Of a stretch of 60,218 nt of DNA, positions 35,016 to 45,072 are shown in pieces. The notes below the pieces were generated by a model. It ran no database searches. It was given only the letters and a program-made list of their open reading frames with translations, and was not told where the DNA came from. Within the stretch, counting starts at the first letter, position 1. The number at the start of each line of letters is the position of its first letter. Origin of the DNA: Deltaproteobacteria bacterium (GTDB taxonomy: Bacteria; Desulfobacterota; GWC2-55-46); assembly GCA_016219115.1 (NCBI GenBank), contig JACRCH010000139.1:1-60218 (forward strand), in the 5' to 3' direction. A program made the translations under genes and the position numbers.

Positions 35016-36218
35016 ATGAATCAAGCCGAAAAACATCTCATGACGCGGATACAAACAGCCAAAACAGTACCTGAACATATACGCCTTTCCGGCGGATGGG
35101 AGGGCGTCATATACCGCGAGTGGAGCTTCCCTCCAGACGTCATCGAGGTGTGGGACGCCCTTGCCGACAGGAGCGGGGACATCGGCATATTCCTCTGTTA
35201 CGGCTGGTTCGAGCAATGGTGGAAGGCGTTTAACGCGGCGCGGAGCCTTTTTGTCGCCGCCCTCTACGAGGACGGAACATTAAGGGCCGTATTCCCATGC
35301 TGTCTCAATGCCGTCGCCAATGACGCGCGCAAAAGGGAGGAGATATCCTCCCTCACGAACGACCATACCTGTCATTATGATTTCCTTGTCGATGCCGGGT
35401 ACAGCCATCAGGCGATACCGCACTTTGTAAATCTCTTGCGCATGATCCACCCTGACGCTGAGATGCACTTTGAATACACCCCTTCTAAAGGCGGTAATAT
35501 CAGCGCGTTTATCGAGGAACTGCGGCGTAACGGTCTGCCTTTTCACACGAGCGGCGGCCCCTGGGCTCCGTGGATGAGCCTCACAGGGGACTGGCGGACA
35601 TTTCGTGATAAATTAAGACTTAAAAATACCATGCGAAAATGCCGCAAGAGGGCGGAAGCCATGGGCAAGCTCGACTTCGAGGTCATACGGCAATGCGAGC
35701 GGCTCGATGCGGCGCTCGATTCAATCTTCGCGGTGGAGTTCAAGAGCTGGAAAAGGCGGGACGGGACGGCGATAAAATGCCATCCCGAGGTAGAGAATTT
35801 TTACAGGCTCCTCGCGCATTGGGCCATGCGCCATAACCGTCTCATACTGTTCGTAATGAGGTTAAACGATACCCCGATAGCGTCGGTCTACTGTCTTATC
35901 CACGGGCAGACGGTCTTCGGCATAAAGGCGGGCTACGACGAGGCCTTCGGCAATATCTCGCCCGGCAACCTGCTGTATGAGGACATATTTAAATTCCTTT
36001 ACGGCTCCGATGACGTAAAGGTCTTTAATTTCCTCGGTGCCTGCGAGCCGTGGAAGATGGAGTGGACGCAAAATTCATACGAATACGGATCGATAAGGGT
36101 CTACCCCGGCTCTCTCAGGGGCTGGAGCGATTACAGCGTCAAACACGGGTGGAAGGACTTTCTCAAGAGGTTTGACGCCGCCAGGCAGTTAAAGTCCTAT
36201 CTTGATAAGAGGAAGTAG
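35016..36218 (+). CDS. CelD/BcsL-like GNAT (Acetyltransf_6) protein, tandem paralog
   Basis: ATG 35016 (the ORF opens at 34950 inside the upstream gene). YGWFEQWWKAF parallels the upstream paralog, and the C-terminus has ...FNFLGACEPWKMEW. Confidence 0.6.
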   Translation: MNQAEKHLMTRIQTAKTVPEHIRLSGGWEGVIYREWSFPPDVIEVWDALADRSGDIGIFLCYGWFEQWWKAFNAARSLFVAALYEDGTLRAVFPCCLNAVANDARKREEISSLTNDHTCHYDFLVDAGYSHQAIPHFVNLLRMIHPDAEMHFEYTPSKGGNISAFIEELRRNGLPFHTSGGPWAPWMSLTGDWRTFRDKLRLKNTMRKCRKRAEAMGKLDFEVIRQCERLDAALDSIFAVEFKSWKRRDGTAIKCHPEVENFYRLLAHWAMRHNRLILFVMRLNDTPIASVYCLIHGQTVFGIKAGYDEAFGNISPGNLLYEDIFKFLYGSDDVKVFNFLGACEPWKMEWTQNSYEYGSIRVYPGSLRGWSDYSVKHGWKDFLKRFDAARQLKSYLDKRK

Positions 36219-36220
36219 GC

Positions 36221-37276
36221 ATGTCAAAGGCCCCCTGCGTAAGCGTTATCATACCGACCTATAACCGCGCCGATTTTCTGCCAGCCGCTATCCGGAGCGT
36301 CCTTGCCCAGACCTATAAGAACGTAGAGATAATAGTGGTGGATGACGGTTCAACGGATGATACGGGAAAAGTCGTTATCCCCTTCGGCGACAGGATAAAA
36401 TACATCCGGACCGCAAACATGGGGCCCGCTCACGCCCGCAACGTCGGGATGAAGGCCGGCGGCGGCAAATACATCGCGTTTCTGGACTCCGACGACGCGT
36501 ACCTGCCGGAAAAGCTCGATATGCAGGTATCTTTGATGGAGTCAGAGCCTGAGGTCGGCATGGTCTTCACCGACCTCAGCGCCGCGACGGAGGCCGGGGT
36601 CTGGCAGGAACGCCACCTGAGGTCATACCACCGCCTGTATGACAGGAAAGGATGGTCGTATGACGATATCTATCAGGTCAAGAAGAGACTGCCATTCAGC
36701 GGCGGGGTTGTTGAGTGCTATATCGGGGACATATTCAGGCACGTCCTGATGGACCCCCTTGTACCCTCCTTCACCATATTATTCCCCAGGGAGATCCTTG
36801 AGAAGGTGGGATATCAGAACGAGGCGTATCGCCTTGCGGAGGATTATGAGTTCATTGTCAGGGTCTGCAAACGGTTCAAGGCGGCCTTTCTCGATATCCC
36901 GACGTATGTCTACCGTTACCACGCGGGGCAGGTCTCCGTGCCCGGCCAGCCAAAGACAAAAGACAACCTTCTGAAGGTCATCCGTATCCATGAGGTATTC
37001 CTCCAGGCCGTGCTCGACTGGGGATGCGGGGACGCGGAGTATTACTCGCGCAACAGGGGCTGGCTCAACGCGCGCATCGCGGAGCTTTACCAATGCATAG
37101 GCGGATTCTGGATGGAATACGGCGACGCTGGAAAGGGCCGGGAATGTTTTAAGAAGGGTCTGTCCTTCGACCCTCACGGCAAAGGGAACCGTAAATCTTT
37201 ATACCTGTCGTTCCTGCCCTCCAGCCTCAGGCGAGTTTACACGGGGACGTCGCGGAGAATCAGAAGATGGACATGA
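36221..37276 (+). CDS. family-2 glycosyltransferase
   Basis: VSVIIPTYNRADFLPAAIRSVLAQTYKNVEIIVVDDGSTDDT and a DSDD motif. Confidence 0.85.
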   Translation: MSKAPCVSVIIPTYNRADFLPAAIRSVLAQTYKNVEIIVVDDGSTDDTGKVVIPFGDRIKYIRTANMGPAHARNVGMKAGGGKYIAFLDSDDAYLPEKLDMQVSLMESEPEVGMVFTDLSAATEAGVWQERHLRSYHRLYDRKGWSYDDIYQVKKRLPFSGGVVECYIGDIFRHVLMDPLVPSFTILFPREILEKVGYQNEAYRLAEDYEFIVRVCKRFKAAFLDIPTYVYRYHAGQVSVPGQPKTKDNLLKVIRIHEVFLQAVLDWGCGDAEYYSRNRGWLNARIAELYQCIGGFWMEYGDAGKGRECFKKGLSFDPHGKGNRKSLYLSFLPSSLRRVYTGTSRRIRRWT

Positions 37277-38376
37277 TAGGGTCTTTAAAACAGAAGGTAT
37301 CCAGAGAGCTAAAGAAGCATGCCAGCCACGCCACACTCTATGACGGCGCGCTCAAGGGCGCCGATATGCCGTTCAGGTGTCTGATAGTGGAGAACGCCAA
37401 TCTTGCGGGCTACCTGATAGCGAGGACCTATATGGAGAACCCCCGGATACTAAAGAAGCGGAGGGTCTGGATACCCGCCCTTAAAAGGATTATTGAAAAG
37501 AGGGAGGACGACATCGATCTCTGCATCGCCGTGCTCCCGGCAAGGTATGATGCGGAGTTCCAGGGCCTCTACGGCTTCAGAGGCCAGGAATGGGTGAATC
37601 AGACCCTGGACGTCTCCATCACCTGGGAGGAGATAAGGGCAAGGTTCCACGCCAACCCGCATAAGACCGAACGCAAGATCATGAAATACGGCTTCACATA
37701 CAGGGTATCGAATGATACAAAGGATTTTGATCTCTTTTATCATTCCATGTACGTCCCGCACGCGATAGGACAGTTCGGAGAGCAGGCATACGTGGAGTCC
37801 TATGATGACGTAAGGAGCTATTTTGAAAAAGGCTTCCTGCTGTTCGTCATGGAAAACGGCAAACCCGTATCCGGCGGGCTATGCCTGGTTGGCGATAGAA
37901 TCCTTACCTTCCGCAGGCTGGGGGTCATAGATGGCGACAAGGAATATATATTCAAAGGGGCGCAGTCCTCGCTCTACTTCTTTATCATCCGATACGCGCA
38001 TGACCGGGGGCTCAGGGAGGTGGACTTCATGAAGAGCCGTCCATTCCTCAATGACGGCAGGTACAGGCACAAACAGGAATGGGGCGCCTCTGTCAGCCCG
38101 GACAAAGAGTCGGAGACCAGTGTCTACTATTTTAACGCCGGAGAGCCGGAGAAAATATCGGCTTTCTATGAAAACAACCCCCTTATCGTCCCTGTCGAGG
38201 GAGGCATGGCGGGGGTCGTGGGGCGGAGCGGCTCTACCGTCATTTCAGACGAATCTATAAAAGAACTTGAAAAGCTCTATTACGCGCCAGGGCTCAAGGG
38301 CCTGAAATTACTCGCGCCGGGGTCGGCAAGACCGATAGATATTTCTTTTGAAGAGGCCTCAAAGGCTCAAACGTAA
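37267..38376 (+). CDS. FemAB/Acetyltransf_6-like transferase
   Basis: Pattern ...SLYFFIIRYAHDRGLREVDFMKSRPFLNDGRYRHKQEWGA matches the FemAB-like C-terminal signature also seen in 24652-25692. Confidence 0.5.
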   Translation: MDMIGSLKQKVSRELKKHASHATLYDGALKGADMPFRCLIVENANLAGYLIARTYMENPRILKKRRVWIPALKRIIEKREDDIDLCIAVLPARYDAEFQGLYGFRGQEWVNQTLDVSITWEEIRARFHANPHKTERKIMKYGFTYRVSNDTKDFDLFYHSMYVPHAIGQFGEQAYVESYDDVRSYFEKGFLLFVMENGKPVSGGLCLVGDRILTFRRLGVIDGDKEYIFKGAQSSLYFFIIRYAHDRGLREVDFMKSRPFLNDGRYRHKQEWGASVSPDKESETSVYYFNAGEPEKISAFYENNPLIVPVEGGMAGVVGRSGSTVISDESIKELEKLYYAPGLKGLKLLAPGSARPIDISFEEASKAQT

Positions 38377-39557
38377 TGGATGCCATTCCGAAGGACCGGT
38401 TGACCGTCCTCCATATATTCTCCGGAGACCTCTGGGCTGGAGCGGAGGTCATGGTATACAACCTCTGCGGAAGGCTTAAAGAGGCCCCGGGATTGGATAT
38501 CATGGCGCTCTCGATGAACGAAGGGGTGCTGACCGGCAAGCTCAGGGAATCAGGCGTTGAGACGCATGTCATCCCGGAGTCCGAGAACGGATTCCCTGTG
38601 ATAGTCCTCAAGGCCCTGCGCCTGCTTAAAGGGAAAAAGATCGATATAATCCACTCCCATCGCTTTAAGGAGAATCTTCTGGCCCTCTCCATTGCCAAAT
38701 ACAAAGGCGTAAAACACCTGGTCACCACGGTCCACGGCCTGCCGGAGCCGCCGCTCAACAATAAAAACGGAAAAAATAGCGCAAGCGTCAGAACAAGACT
38801 CCATTTTTTCATGCTCAAGAACTTTTTCAGCCGCGTCATCGCGGTTTCAAATGAAATGAAACAAATACTTGTACACAGGAATGGCTTTCGTGATAGTATT
38901 GTTGACGTTATTTACAATGGCATCCCTATGCAGTTGAATATTCCATCCGCCGTGCAATCAGCCGACAACTTTTTTAGAATCGGCACGGTCGGCAGGATGG
39001 TGCCTGTAAAGGACTTCAACCTCTTCCTTGAAGCGGCGGCGGAGATTAAAAAACATACGGCCAACTGCCGTTTCAGCATACTCGGCGACGGCCCCCTGAA
39101 GGAAAAGCTACTCAGGAAGGCAAAAGGGCTCGGCATAGCGGAGTATTGCGATTTTTTGCCGCCGAGGCCGGACCCCCTGCCGTATTACAGGTCGCTCGAC
39201 CTCTATCTGAACACCTCTATACATGAGGGTATACCGCTGAGCATACTCGAGGCCATGGCCTGCGGCGTCCCGGTAGTGGCCCCGAGGGTCGGGGGCATCC
39301 CGGAGATTATTTCAAACGGGGTGGACGGCGTCCTCGTGGACGGACGCAAGCCGGCAGATTTCATCGACGCATGCATGGGCCTTATGGAGGATTCAGGGTT
39401 GAGGACGCGCATTCGTGAAAACGCATCGAAGACGATTGTCAAGCGTTTCACTGATTCCACGATGGCGGCCGCCTACCTCTCTGCCTACAGAGGCCTATGC
39501 CCCCGTCATGCTGACGTCATGGTGGAGCAGAGATATAATACGGCCGGAAGACAGTGA
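38376..39557 (+). CDS. family-4 (GT-B) glycosyltransferase
   Basis: TSIHEGIPLSILEAMACGVPVVAPRVGGIPE. Its ATG overlaps the upstream TAA. Confidence 0.8.
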   Translation: MDAIPKDRLTVLHIFSGDLWAGAEVMVYNLCGRLKEAPGLDIMALSMNEGVLTGKLRESGVETHVIPESENGFPVIVLKALRLLKGKKIDIIHSHRFKENLLALSIAKYKGVKHLVTTVHGLPEPPLNNKNGKNSASVRTRLHFFMLKNFFSRVIAVSNEMKQILVHRNGFRDSIVDVIYNGIPMQLNIPSAVQSADNFFRIGTVGRMVPVKDFNLFLEAAAEIKKHTANCRFSILGDGPLKEKLLRKAKGLGIAEYCDFLPPRPDPLPYYRSLDLYLNTSIHEGIPLSILEAMACGVPVVAPRVGGIPEIISNGVDGVLVDGRKPADFIDACMGLMEDSGLRTRIRENASKTIVKRFTDSTMAAAYLSAYRGLCPRHADVMVEQRYNTAGRQ

Positions 39558-39587
39558 CTCGCCGGCATAGCGATACCGTACCGACAG

Positions 39588-40769
39588 ATGAAAAGAATAC
39601 TTTACATAGAGGCCAATACCGACGGCACGATAGGAGGGTCATATTACAGCCTTCTTTACCTTCTTCAGGGGCTCGACAAAACCAGATACGAGCCGCATGT
39701 GCTGTTCTGCCAGGACAACGTCCTGATACCTGAGTTCAAAAAGGTCACCCCCTACGTCTATGTAAATAATTTCGGGCCTTCTTCAAGCAATGTCTCAAAA
39801 AGATTCGCATCTGTTATCCAAGGCCCGATCAGGCTGTTTACAGACGTAATTTTAAAGCAACCGATGTTGCGGAAGATAATCAAAGAGATCAAACCGGACC
39901 TTGTCCACATAAACAACGGATATGCGGCGTTGCATGAATGGATGCTGGCCTGCTACTTGAATAAAATTAAAGTGGTCGCGCACGACCGCGGCACCAGGTA
40001 CCCGTGTAGCTTCAGGACAAAGGTCTTTGTCCGCCTCCTTGACGCCATTATATGCGTAAGCGACAGTTATAAGGACAACGTCACAAGGCAAAACCTGAAG
40101 GTCAGGCTCTTAAGGAGGGTCTATAACGGCCTCGATACGGAAATGATATCCGGCAGGATAAACCCCGCGGATATCGACAGGCTCAGGAGCGAATTCAAGT
40201 TGAGAAAGGATATGCCTGTTATCGGGATTACCGGCAATATCGACAGGTGGAAGGGGCAGGCGGTAGTCCTGAGGGCCATAAAAAAGGTCAGAGCGGTCTT
40301 TCCTGATATAAAGTGCCTCATTATCGGTCAAGTAGCCTGTGGCGCGGGAGAATACAAAAAGGAGCTCGACGAATACATCGCTGAAAACGGCTTGCGGGAT
40401 AACGTCATATTTACGGGCTTCAGAAAGGATATCCCCAACCTTCTTGCTCTTCTCGATATCATGTTGCACGCGTCCATCGAACCGGAGCCGTTCGGCAGGG
40501 TCATACTGGAGGGGATGGCCGCCGGCAAGCCGATAATAGCCACGAATTCAGGCGGCACGGTCGAACAGATCGTTGACAACGAGACCGGGATACTGGTCCC
40601 CATGAACGACCCCGGTAAGATGGCGGATGCGATCATATACTTCATATCCAATCCCGGCGCGGCGGGTGAAATGGGCGAAAAAGGCAAAAAGCGATTGGCG
40701 GAGCTCTTCAGCATAGAGAGGATGGTCAGGGAGACGTCACGGGTCTACGAAGAAATCTTTAACTTCTAA
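39588..40769 (+). CDS. family-4 (GT-B) glycosyltransferase
   Basis: ASIEPEPFGRVILEGMAAGKPIIATNSGG. Confidence 0.8.
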   Translation: MKRILYIEANTDGTIGGSYYSLLYLLQGLDKTRYEPHVLFCQDNVLIPEFKKVTPYVYVNNFGPSSSNVSKRFASVIQGPIRLFTDVILKQPMLRKIIKEIKPDLVHINNGYAALHEWMLACYLNKIKVVAHDRGTRYPCSFRTKVFVRLLDAIICVSDSYKDNVTRQNLKVRLLRRVYNGLDTEMISGRINPADIDRLRSEFKLRKDMPVIGITGNIDRWKGQAVVLRAIKKVRAVFPDIKCLIIGQVACGAGEYKKELDEYIAENGLRDNVIFTGFRKDIPNLLALLDIMLHASIEPEPFGRVILEGMAAGKPIIATNSGGTVEQIVDNETGILVPMNDPGKMADAIIYFISNPGAAGEMGEKGKKRLAELFSIERMVRETSRVYEEIFNF

Positions 40770-40786
40770 GCCTAAGGGGCTGACAC

Positions 40787-41476
40787 ATGATAAAAGGCTT
40801 CAGGTCTTTTGTTAAGCGAATCAGCCTGTTGCGTAAATCATATCACCTTGTTTACAACACGATAAAAAGCCCCAGTAAAGCCTCCCGATTGAGAAGATTG
40901 AAACTGGCCCATGATACCATGTCGAATATATCGGGCAGGGCGAATCTCTACAATGTCAAGAGATTATCGTTTGCGAACAATATTACAGTTGAAGATTTTT
41001 CGGTAATCAATTATCCTGTATACAGCGACAGGCCGTGCACACTGTCTATCGGCGAGAGAAGCTATATAGGAAGTTATGCCCACCTATCGCCTCAAAAGGG
41101 TTTCATAGAAATCGGCTCGAATTGCACCATACACCCATACTGCGTCCTCCTGGGCGAGGGCGGCATAACTATCGGCGATGACGTGAGGATAGCGACATCC
41201 ACGGTCATAGTGTCGGCAAACCATATATACGCCGACATGGACGTGCCCATCCGGAAGCAGGGGATGGAGGCAAAGGGCATCAAGATCGGCAATGACGTGT
41301 GGATAGGCGCGAATTGCACGATCCTGGACGGGGTGACAATCGGCAACGGGGCGGTTGTCGCCGCCGGAGCGGTCGTGAACAGGGACGTAAGCGCATACGC
41401 GGTCGTAGGCGGCGTCCCGGTGAGGCTTCTGAAATATAGAGGATTTGAAAGTTCTCTGCTGAAGAAGAGTTTTTGA
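40787..41476 (+). CDS. hexapeptide-repeat (LbH) acetyltransferase
   Basis: [49 protein letters not shown]. Confidence 0.8.
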   Translation: MIKGFRSFVKRISLLRKSYHLVYNTIKSPSKASRLRRLKLAHDTMSNISGRANLYNVKRLSFANNITVEDFSVINYPVYSDRPCTLSIGERSYIGSYAHLSPQKGFIEIGSNCTIHPYCVLLGEGGITIGDDVRIATSTVIVSANHIYADMDVPIRKQGMEAKGIKIGNDVWIGANCTILDGVTIGNGAVVAAGAVVNRDVSAYAVVGGVPVRLLKYRGFESSLLKKSF

Positions 41477-41572
41477 AAAGTTTCATTTCAAAACCCTCCC
41501 ATTCACCGGGCGTAAAAATCCCTGCAAAAAACCCGAAAATTCCCCCTGTAAAAAATAACCGGGAAAAAGAAA

Positions 41573-41626
41573 ATGGCTCAGGAAGCATCGTTCGCGAGGA
41601 AGGCGGCGCGGTCGAATAGATCGTGA
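41573..41626 (+). pseudogene. 17-codon remnant duplicating the 5' end of the flippase gene
   Basis: Encodes MAQEASFARKAARSNRS*, versus the flippase start MTQETSFARKAARSG (42454). 41586-41607 is identical over 22 nt to 42467-42488. Confidence 0.7.
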
Positions 41627-41653
41627 ACGGTGCGATAGGGGATATCGGTGCCA

Positions 41654-42454
41654 ATGAATAAAAGCGATAGCGCCGACGCTATCATATATGGAGGTTCAAA
41701 CGAGGTGAGTGTTTACGGAAGAGATTTTTATGCCAAACGATATCAATCAACAAGTCCATCGGCAAGAGCTATTATACCTATTGTCCTTGAAAAGATAAAA
41801 GCGAAGAGCGTAATCGATATCGGTTGTGGGATAGGAGCCTGGCTGTCTATCTTCAAAGAGCATGGGGTTGATGATATCTTAGGGGTTGACGGCAGTTGGG
41901 TGGATGAAAATGAACTAAAGATTCCTTCCAAATGTTTTCTGAAGCAGAATCTGACTCAACCGATACGGGTTGAAAGAAGATTTGATCTGGCGGTATCCCT
42001 GGAGGTGGCGGAACATATACCGATGGATTTGGCAGATGCTTTCGTATCAGGTTTAACAGAACTTGCCCCGGCTGTGCTTTTTTCAGCGGCAATACCTTTT
42101 CAGGGAGGCATATGCCACATAAACGAGCAATGGCCTGATTTCTGGGATGCGATTTTCAAAAAAAAGGAGTATTTGGTGCTTGATTTTATAAGAAAAAGAG
42201 TTTGGCGGAATAGTAATGTTTTGCCGCACTATGCACAGAACATATTGTTATTTGTAAGACGTGATTATTTGGAAAACAATACGTTACTTAAGGAAGAATA
42301 TGAATCAGAACCCAATCTATCCATAGTTCATCCTGATATTTATTTATCAAAAATCGCCGAATTAGAATCAAAAAACAAATCGGGCAGAGAAATACTTAAA
42401 CAATTACCATTATCGTTTTTAAACTTTATAAAAAAGAAAGCAAGAAATTTCTAA
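41654..42454 (+). CDS. class I SAM-dependent methyltransferase (AT-rich insert)
   Basis: SAM motif VIDIGCGIGAWL. Visibly lower GC than its neighbours. The stop overlaps the flippase ATG (TAATG). Confidence 0.75.
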   Translation: MNKSDSADAIIYGGSNEVSVYGRDFYAKRYQSTSPSARAIIPIVLEKIKAKSVIDIGCGIGAWLSIFKEHGVDDILGVDGSWVDENELKIPSKCFLKQNLTQPIRVERRFDLAVSLEVAEHIPMDLADAFVSGLTELAPAVLFSAAIPFQGGICHINEQWPDFWDAIFKKKEYLVLDFIRKRVWRNSNVLPHYAQNILLFVRRDYLENNTLLKEEYESEPNLSIVHPDIYLSKIAELESKNKSGREILKQLPLSFLNFIKKKARNF

Positions 42455-43914
42455 TGACTCAAGAGACATCGTTCGCGAGGAAGGCGGCCAGATCCGGCCT
42501 CTGGCTTGCCGGTTTCAAATTCATCACGCAGGGGTTCTCATGGGTCGTAACGATCTCCGTGGCAAGGATGCTCCGGCCAGAGGATTACGGATTGATGGCG
42601 ATGGCGAGCATCCTCACGGGCTATATCGAGATGTTCAGCGAGATGGGCATTGGCGCGGCGATCATACAGAAAAAGGATATCACCCAGGAAGAGCTCTCAA
42701 GCACGTTCTGGTTCAATATCGGCGTCGGCATCGTGTTCGCGTTGGCCTGTTTCGGCCTTGCGTATCCGACGGCATGGATATTCAACGAGCCGGGGATCAT
42801 ACCCATAACACAGCTGATCTCGGTGCTGTTTATTATAGGCTCTCTCATGATCGTGCCTAACAACATACTGACCAGGAACGCCAGCTTCAAGGAGTTGGGT
42901 ATCATCAACCTGACGGCGGTTGTCGCTTCGAGCCTTGCCATGCTCTGGATGGCGTCAAAAGGCTTTGGCGTATGGACATTGATATATGGTACAATAATAT
43001 TAAGGTCGATGACTACGTTGCAGACTTTTCTTAAGGCGAAGTGGCGGCCTGACCTTCACTTCCGTTTTTCCGAGGTAAGAAGACTGCTTAGATTCGGGGT
43101 TCACGTCGCGGGCTCAAGGTCGCTCTTCTACGTCTTCCAGAAGTCCGATAAATTCATAGTGGGCAAGGTCTTCAACGCCCAGGCGCTCGGCTATTACTCT
43201 TTCGCCATGCAACTCGCCAATATCCCTACGGACAAGATCGTCTCTACGATTCAGCAGGTATCGTTCTCGGTGTTCGCCAAATATCAGAGCGAACTGGGGA
43301 AATGCCAGGATATCTACTTGAAGACGTCAAAATATATAGGCCTCCTTGTTATTCCTCTGTTTGCGGGCGGCTTTTTTCTTGGTGACGATATTATACGCGC
43401 GCTCTTAGGAGAGAAGTGGGCTCCGATAATATTTTTATTCAGATTGTTGTGCATCACGCAGGCGTTTCAGGCCGTCACGACGATAAACTCAATCATTCAT
43501 ACTTCTCTTGGGAGGCCTCATTGGGCCCTCTACTATATTTTAATAAATGTCCTGATTTTACCGATATCAATATTAGGCGCTTCAAGGTATGGGCTGAACG
43601 CACTGGCGATACCCTGGGTCACGCTCTTTCCGGCCATCTGCATAGGCTGGACCTGGATGACCTTGAAAAAACTTCAGATACCCCTCTCCACGTATTTGAA
43701 AACCTTCATGAAGCCTGTAGCCGGGACTTTATTGATGATCGCCGGGATCAAGGTCTTTCAGGCGGCTTATGCTACGGCCCATCTCACCGCGGAAAATTTA
43801 AAGATGATATTTATGCAGGAATTAATAATAGGCGCCCTAATCTACGCGATTTGGACCCTGAGCATGGAGAAAAAGTCGCTTATCGAGATATGGAGCCTGC
43901 GCAAGGCCAGGTAG
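42454..43914 (+). CDS. Wzx-type polysaccharide flippase (MOP superfamily)
   Basis: 486 aa and ~12 predicted TM helices throughout, with an N-terminus typical of Wzx/RfbX proteins. Confidence 0.75.
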   Translation: MTQETSFARKAARSGLWLAGFKFITQGFSWVVTISVARMLRPEDYGLMAMASILTGYIEMFSEMGIGAAIIQKKDITQEELSSTFWFNIGVGIVFALACFGLAYPTAWIFNEPGIIPITQLISVLFIIGSLMIVPNNILTRNASFKELGIINLTAVVASSLAMLWMASKGFGVWTLIYGTIILRSMTTLQTFLKAKWRPDLHFRFSEVRRLLRFGVHVAGSRSLFYVFQKSDKFIVGKVFNAQALGYYSFAMQLANIPTDKIVSTIQQVSFSVFAKYQSELGKCQDIYLKTSKYIGLLVIPLFAGGFFLGDDIIRALLGEKWAPIIFLFRLLCITQAFQAVTTINSIIHTSLGRPHWALYYILINVLILPISILGASRYGLNALAIPWVTLFPAICIGWTWMTLKKLQIPLSTYLKTFMKPVAGTLLMIAGIKVFQAAYATAHLTAENLKMIFMQELIIGALIYAIWTLSMEKKSLIEIWSLRKAR

Positions 43915-43929
43915 AAAGGATCTGACGCA

Positions 43930-45069
43930 ATGAAAAAACTATTATTCTTAAAGCTTGGGCCATATTTTAGTCCTGATGAATTGCCCAATAAGGTCCGTTA
44001 TACCCGTCTGTCCGAGTATTTTGAAGGTGATATTATGGCGGTAGTAAATACTAAGGAATTACGGAATTCTAACATAGGAAACTTCAAATTACGGGGCCTT
44101 TATCTGCCTTTACGTATAAGACACAAAACATTCTTAAGGGACGTTGCTTACGCACTCTTCGCAATAACTAAAAGCATTTATTCGCACTATTTTGAGGCAA
44201 AATACGATGCAATTATAACTTACGATCCTTTTATAACAGGCCCTCTGGCCATTGTGATAGGCAAATTGACGCGCACAAAAACTATCATTGAGATAAATGG
44301 AAACTATGCATCTGAAGTAAATTGGGAATTAAATCGCAGAAGTTTTTCTTCGCTGTTAAAATACAAATATTGTCTATATTGTATCCCGTTAGTTGTAAAT
44401 CATGCCAATGCAATAAAACTTTTGTACAGTGATCAAATCAAGCCATTTCAGGATAAAATCAGACCTACTTCAAAAATCTATTGTTTTCATAACCTCGTGC
44501 CAATTTCTCAAATAAAGGCTGGCGAAACTTCACATAAATATATTTTGTTTTTAGGCACTCCCTGGTATCGAAAAGGAGTTGATGTTTTAATTAAAGCCTA
44601 TAATAATATATCATCTGAGTTCCCAGATTATATACTGAAAATTGTCGGCTATTTTCCTGATAAATCAACTCTCATTAATCTAATAGACGGAAACAAACAT
44701 ATTGAGTTATGCGAGCCAGTCTTTCATGATGAGGCAATGAAGTTACTTTCCGAATGTTGCTTATTCGTCCTTCCCTCGCGTTCTGAAGCTATGGGTCGAG
44801 TATTGTTAGAGGCTATGGCTTCGAAGAAGCCTATTATCGCCTCAAATGTCGATGGAATACCGACCTACATCAAGCATGGCTACAACGGACTACTTTTTCA
44901 GTCTGAAAATGTCGATGATCTTGCCTTGAAGATCAAAAAAGTGCTAAACGACAAAGAATACGCGAATCAGCTTGCGGAAAATGGATATCAATATGTTAAT
45001 AGCACCTTGTCAGAGGAATGTTATTTAAAAAAATTTAGCGAAGTGATAGAAAAGGTACTAACCGATTAG
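43930..45069 (+). CDS. family-4 (GT-B) glycosyltransferase (AT-rich block)
   Basis: PSRSEAMGRVLLEAMASKKPIIASNVDGIPTYIKHGYNGLLF. Confidence 0.8.
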   Translation: MKKLLFLKLGPYFSPDELPNKVRYTRLSEYFEGDIMAVVNTKELRNSNIGNFKLRGLYLPLRIRHKTFLRDVAYALFAITKSIYSHYFEAKYDAIITYDPFITGPLAIVIGKLTRTKTIIEINGNYASEVNWELNRRSFSSLLKYKYCLYCIPLVVNHANAIKLLYSDQIKPFQDKIRPTSKIYCFHNLVPISQIKAGETSHKYILFLGTPWYRKGVDVLIKAYNNISSEFPDYILKIVGYFPDKSTLINLIDGNKHIELCEPVFHDEAMKLLSECCLFVLPSRSEAMGRVLLEAMASKKPIIASNVDGIPTYIKHGYNGLLFQSENVDDLALKIKKVLNDKEYANQLAENGYQYVNSTLSEECYLKKFSEVIEKVLTD

Positions 45070-45072
45070 GTT

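Noticed and set aside
40259-40270. Third GGCGGTAG 8-mer (GGCGGTAGTCCT)
   Set aside because: It lies inside the GT4 coding sequence and lacks the 3' TG of ops. One or two chance 8-mer hits are expected in 60 kb. It is kept out of the ops argument.
41476-41573. Series of A-tracts as phased DNA curvature
   Set aside because: The spacings I measured (14, 24, 12, 10, 14, 14 nt) are not in helical phase.
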